In this document: piece by piece, positions 61,125 through 64,000 of the stretch
Layout of the letters: each line of letters opens with the position of its first letter
Numbering within the stretch: position 1 is the first letter of the stretch
Origin: an uncultured Acidobacteriota bacterium
GTDB taxonomy: Bacteria; Acidobacteriota; UBA6911
Length of the DNA stretch: 64,000 bases
Assembly (NCBI GenBank): GCA_963827655.1
Contig: CAWHCF010000025.1
Span: 32,001 to 96,000 of the forward strand
Reading direction: 5' to 3'
Made by a program: the position numbers and the translations under genes
Notes under the pieces: model-generated
The model's input: only the letters and a program-made list of their open reading frames with translations
Databases searched by the model: none
What the model was told of the DNA's origin: nothing

Positions 61125-61467
61125 TTGGGCAACGATGCCCTCTTCAGGCCCTTCGCGACCGGGCGGCGCAGCCGTGATTCAAATAGAGGGTGCTCAACGC
61201 AAAGATCAGCACGTGTGGACCGATGAAGATCCAAGGTAAAGATGGAGCTTTCGGGTCCAGGAGTAAGAACTGCGCTTCTTATTCATGTCAGGGTTCCCCG
61301 GGACGGGGTCGAAGGGCTAGTTTGCGGACGGACCAAACAGAAGCTCGAGTCACCGGATCTCATCTGCGTGGAAAGGCCAACGCCAAAGCGCTCGACTCGC
61401 CCACCCCGGGCGGATCTGTAGATCATTTACAGCAGTTTTGGAACTGATGTCAATCCGTCCACTCTCT

Positions 61468-64000
61468 TCACCGCTTGCGCGTGATCCAGATCGGGCTGCC
61501 CCAGGCGATCTGGTGGTCGTCTTGAACAACCCGGACATAATAGTAGCTTGTCCCTTCGTTCACGTTTTGATCCCGATACACGACTTTCACATCCTTTTGA
61601 TTTGGGTTGGTGGAATAAATCACCTTCGCGTCCTTGACAATCTCGACCAGCGCCACCCCGCTGGTTCCGATTACCCGGATCTCCAGAGGCGGCACGCTTG
61701 AATCGGTGAACTCTTCCCCCATGAAATGATCACCCATCCGATAGTCCAGGATGATGTTGTCGGTTGCCCCGTAAGTATGGCGCTTCTTGATGGCATCAAG
61801 GATCGCCTTGCGGGTCGGCTGCTCGGTATAGACCATGGCGTAGGAGATGTGGGTCGACCAGTGGTCGGAACTCGCGATGCTGCCGATTCGGATTCCCTTG
61901 CGGTAAGCATTCCAGAGAAAGCCCTCTTCCCTGAAACCCCCGATCGTCTTGTCCTCGGCGCGGCGAGCCGCGCGGGGAGCGCCTGCATGTTCCGAAGAGT
62001 TTCGGTCTCCCTGGAATATCTCGACCACCGGTTCGACTTCCGGATCGTTATCGCGCCAGTCGGTGCCCATATTGGTGGCTGATGTGTGAGGGATGGAGAT
62101 TCCTTTGGTCCGGCGAAGAGACTCGTACAGGAGCTTCGTGTCGTTTTCGAGTACCTCTCCGGTCTGCGCGGCTATTCCTGGGCGGGGACGACTCAGGCCA
62201 GACTTGGTGAAGAATGAGACAATGGGATGCCCGCGATTGGCGTGGAAAATGTTGCGGTGACCGTTCGGGTACGCAACGCTGCGCTCGTACGCGTAAAGAG
62301 TCGCGAAGGCCCCAGGAACGTTATACATATCGCAGCTTTTCTCGATCAGCCACCAGAAGTATTCATAATCGCCGCCGGAATTGTGATCCGTCAGCCCGCC
62401 AAAATCCATGGCGGCTCCGTCGAGCATGTAGCGGTAATAATCGAAAAGTGAGCCGTCGGTTAGACCCCCGCCGCTGTCCCAGGAAAACTCCGCATGCCGG
62501 TGCAGGTCTCCCCGTACAATCCGGTTTTCGACCCCATGAACGGACGTCCGATAGCCGCGGGCCGCGGCCACATCTTCGGCCTCCCTGGGATGAACCGTTG
62601 GTTTTTGCTCCGATGGGGCTTCCTTCCAGTCGGTCAACTGTGCCGCGCTGGTTCCTTTTTCAAGTGGAATGCGTGCGGCGAAGACACTCGCCACCGGCGC
62701 GAGAAATGATCTCTTGTAGAGGCGGGCATCCATTGGCCAGGCGACCCAAAGGCTGCCAGCGGGCCCGAAAGCGGCTTGCGCGCGCATGGAAATCCGCCCC
62801 CAGCTTTCTGGTAAAACGGCTGGGGAGGTCCAGCGATCACCCTCGTAGAACATCAGCGCCTGTTCCCAGTAGGCGGCCCTTGGGTAGAGGTGTTTGACCG
62901 GTGGACCCATCTGACCCCAGCGATGGAACAATAGGGCCATACGTCCGGAGCTCGGATCGGCGAACAGTTGCGGATAATCGTGATCGGTTTCCCCGTGTTC
63001 TGCCAGAGCTGTTTGCAGATCCTGGGCGAGCGACTTGCGTTGGTTTCCCTCGAACACCGCCAAGTTCAGTTTGCGGGATTCGTAAAGACGGGCTCCCGGA
63101 GTCGAAGGTTGCCTGATCCAGGTATCCCAGGTCGCCTGCCCTTTCTCCAGCCATTTCGGATCGGTTGTCGGGCCGCTGTCTTTGCCCCAGTTTGCGGCGC
63201 CCTCATCCCAGGCGACCCAGACCCGATCCTGATTATCTACGGCTACGGAGGCATGCGCCTCGAACCGGCTCGTGTGGGCCACTGGAACTTCCGGCCCCGG
63301 ACGACCACCCTCCAGAATCCGCATGTAGACGTCATAGTTTCCGTTGCGATATGTGTCCCAGACAATGTGCGCCCGGCCTCGGCTGTCGAGCGCAATCCGA
63401 GGCTCCCAATCGTTGGCGGCGTTGTCGGTTATTCTTGTCTCTTCCGACCATCCCGATCCGTTGTGATGCCTTAGAAAGACATCCGAGTTCTGTCCGTGAA
63501 AGCCCTGCCACACGACCCAAAGACCTCCTTTGCGGTCCGCGACAAAGTGGTGGTCAATGTCCGGACCTGGATCGGAGCTCAGACGAACAGTCTCGAGCCA
63601 GGTGTCCTGCTTGTCATCCAGCGCGCGCGCGTAAATATCGAAATTGCCATCGACCTGCTGGGACCAAGCCACCCAGACGAGTCCTTGTCCATCGATCGCA
63701 ATCTGGGGACGCCACAAGTCACCCGTGGCCCCCGGAACCCGCGTAAAAGTGTGCCACCCTTTGTTGTCGTGCTTCGAGAGTCGGATTTCATCCATCTGCC
63801 CGCTGTATGATTGCCAGACCGCCCACGCCGTGGTGTCATTCATCGTCGCGATGGAGGGGTAGTCGTCGTTTCGAGAGTCGTCGGTCAGCTTCCAGACTTC
63901 CGTCAGCCCGGTCACGCGAGTTTTGGAATCCAGAAACTCCAGGGTCACACCCGCTTTGATCTCGGAGATTCGAAAAGAAAACTGGCCGTGATTGGTGGTA
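61468..64000 (-). CDS. Paralog of the 13878-16709 PHP-like/DUF3604-like metallohydrolase; 5' end lies beyond the window
   Basis: GDLHRHAEFS, TDHN, YERSVAYPNGHRN, GTDWRDNDPEVEP, SSDHWSTH. Confidence 0.82.
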   Translation of the reverse strand, partial: TTNHGQFSFRISEIKAGVTLEFLDSKTRVTGLTEVWKLTDDSRNDDYPSIATMNDTTAWAVWQSYSGQMDEIRLSKHDNKGWHTFTRVPGATGDLWRPQIAIDGQGLVWVAWSQQVDGNFDIYARALDDKQDTWLETVRLSSDPGPDIDHHFVADRKGGLWVVWQGFHGQNSDVFLRHHNGSGWSEETRITDNAANDWEPRIALDSRGRAHIVWDTYRNGNYDVYMRILEGGRPGPEVPVAHTSRFEAHASVAVDNQDRVWVAWDEGAANWGKDSGPTTDPKWLEKGQATWDTWIRQPSTPGARLYESRKLNLAVFEGNQRKSLAQDLQTALAEHGETDHDYPQLFADPSSGRMALLFHRWGQMGPPVKHLYPRAAYWEQALMFYEGDRWTSPAVLPESWGRISMRAQAAFGPAGSLWVAWPMDARLYKRSFLAPVASVFAARIPLEKGTSAAQLTDWKEAPSEQKPTVHPREAEDVAAARGYRTSVHGVENRIVRGDLHRHAEFSWDSGGGLTDGSLFDYYRYMLDGAAMDFGGLTDHNSGGDYEYFWWLIEKSCDMYNVPGAFATLYAYERSVAYPNGHRNIFHANRGHPIVSFFTKSGLSRPRPGIAAQTGEVLENDTKLLYESLRRTKGISIPHTSATNMGTDWRDNDPEVEPVVEIFQGDRNSSEHAGAPRAARRAEDKTIGGFREEGFLWNAYRKGIRIGSIASSDHWSTHISYAMVYTEQPTRKAILDAIKKRHTYGATDNIILDYRMGDHFMGEEFTDSSVPPLEIRVIGTSGVALVEIVKDAKVIYSTNPNQKDVKVVYRDQNVNEGTSYYYVRVVQDDHQIAWGSPIWITRKR

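Overview
A GC-rich bacterial window whose gene content points to Acidobacteriota (inference): Oar-like TonB-dependent receptors, ADOP permeases, TPR proteins and DUF1592/DUF1552/ankyrin operons. It encodes mostly envelope and secreted proteins. It also carries a B12-dependent diol dehydratase with fused alpha-beta subunits and no microcompartment or reactivase genes in view, two VapBC-type TA pairs, and a lower-GC glycosylation patch ending in a truncated rluA. No rRNA, tRNA, CRISPR, transposase, integrase or reverse transcriptase was recognised. Many genes carry isolated frameshifts, probably sequencing indels. The most unusual signals are non-coding. (1) A four-helix-bundle (Avd/IVS-like) gene is bracketed by inverted CACGTG arrays and followed by two tandem remnants of its own 3' end. 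(2) Several dispersed periodic repeat families (7-mer and 8-mer) sit at gene boundaries. (3) A 152-bp MITE has a TTA target duplication made from a stop codon. All calls come from reading the sequence by eye; no database search was run.
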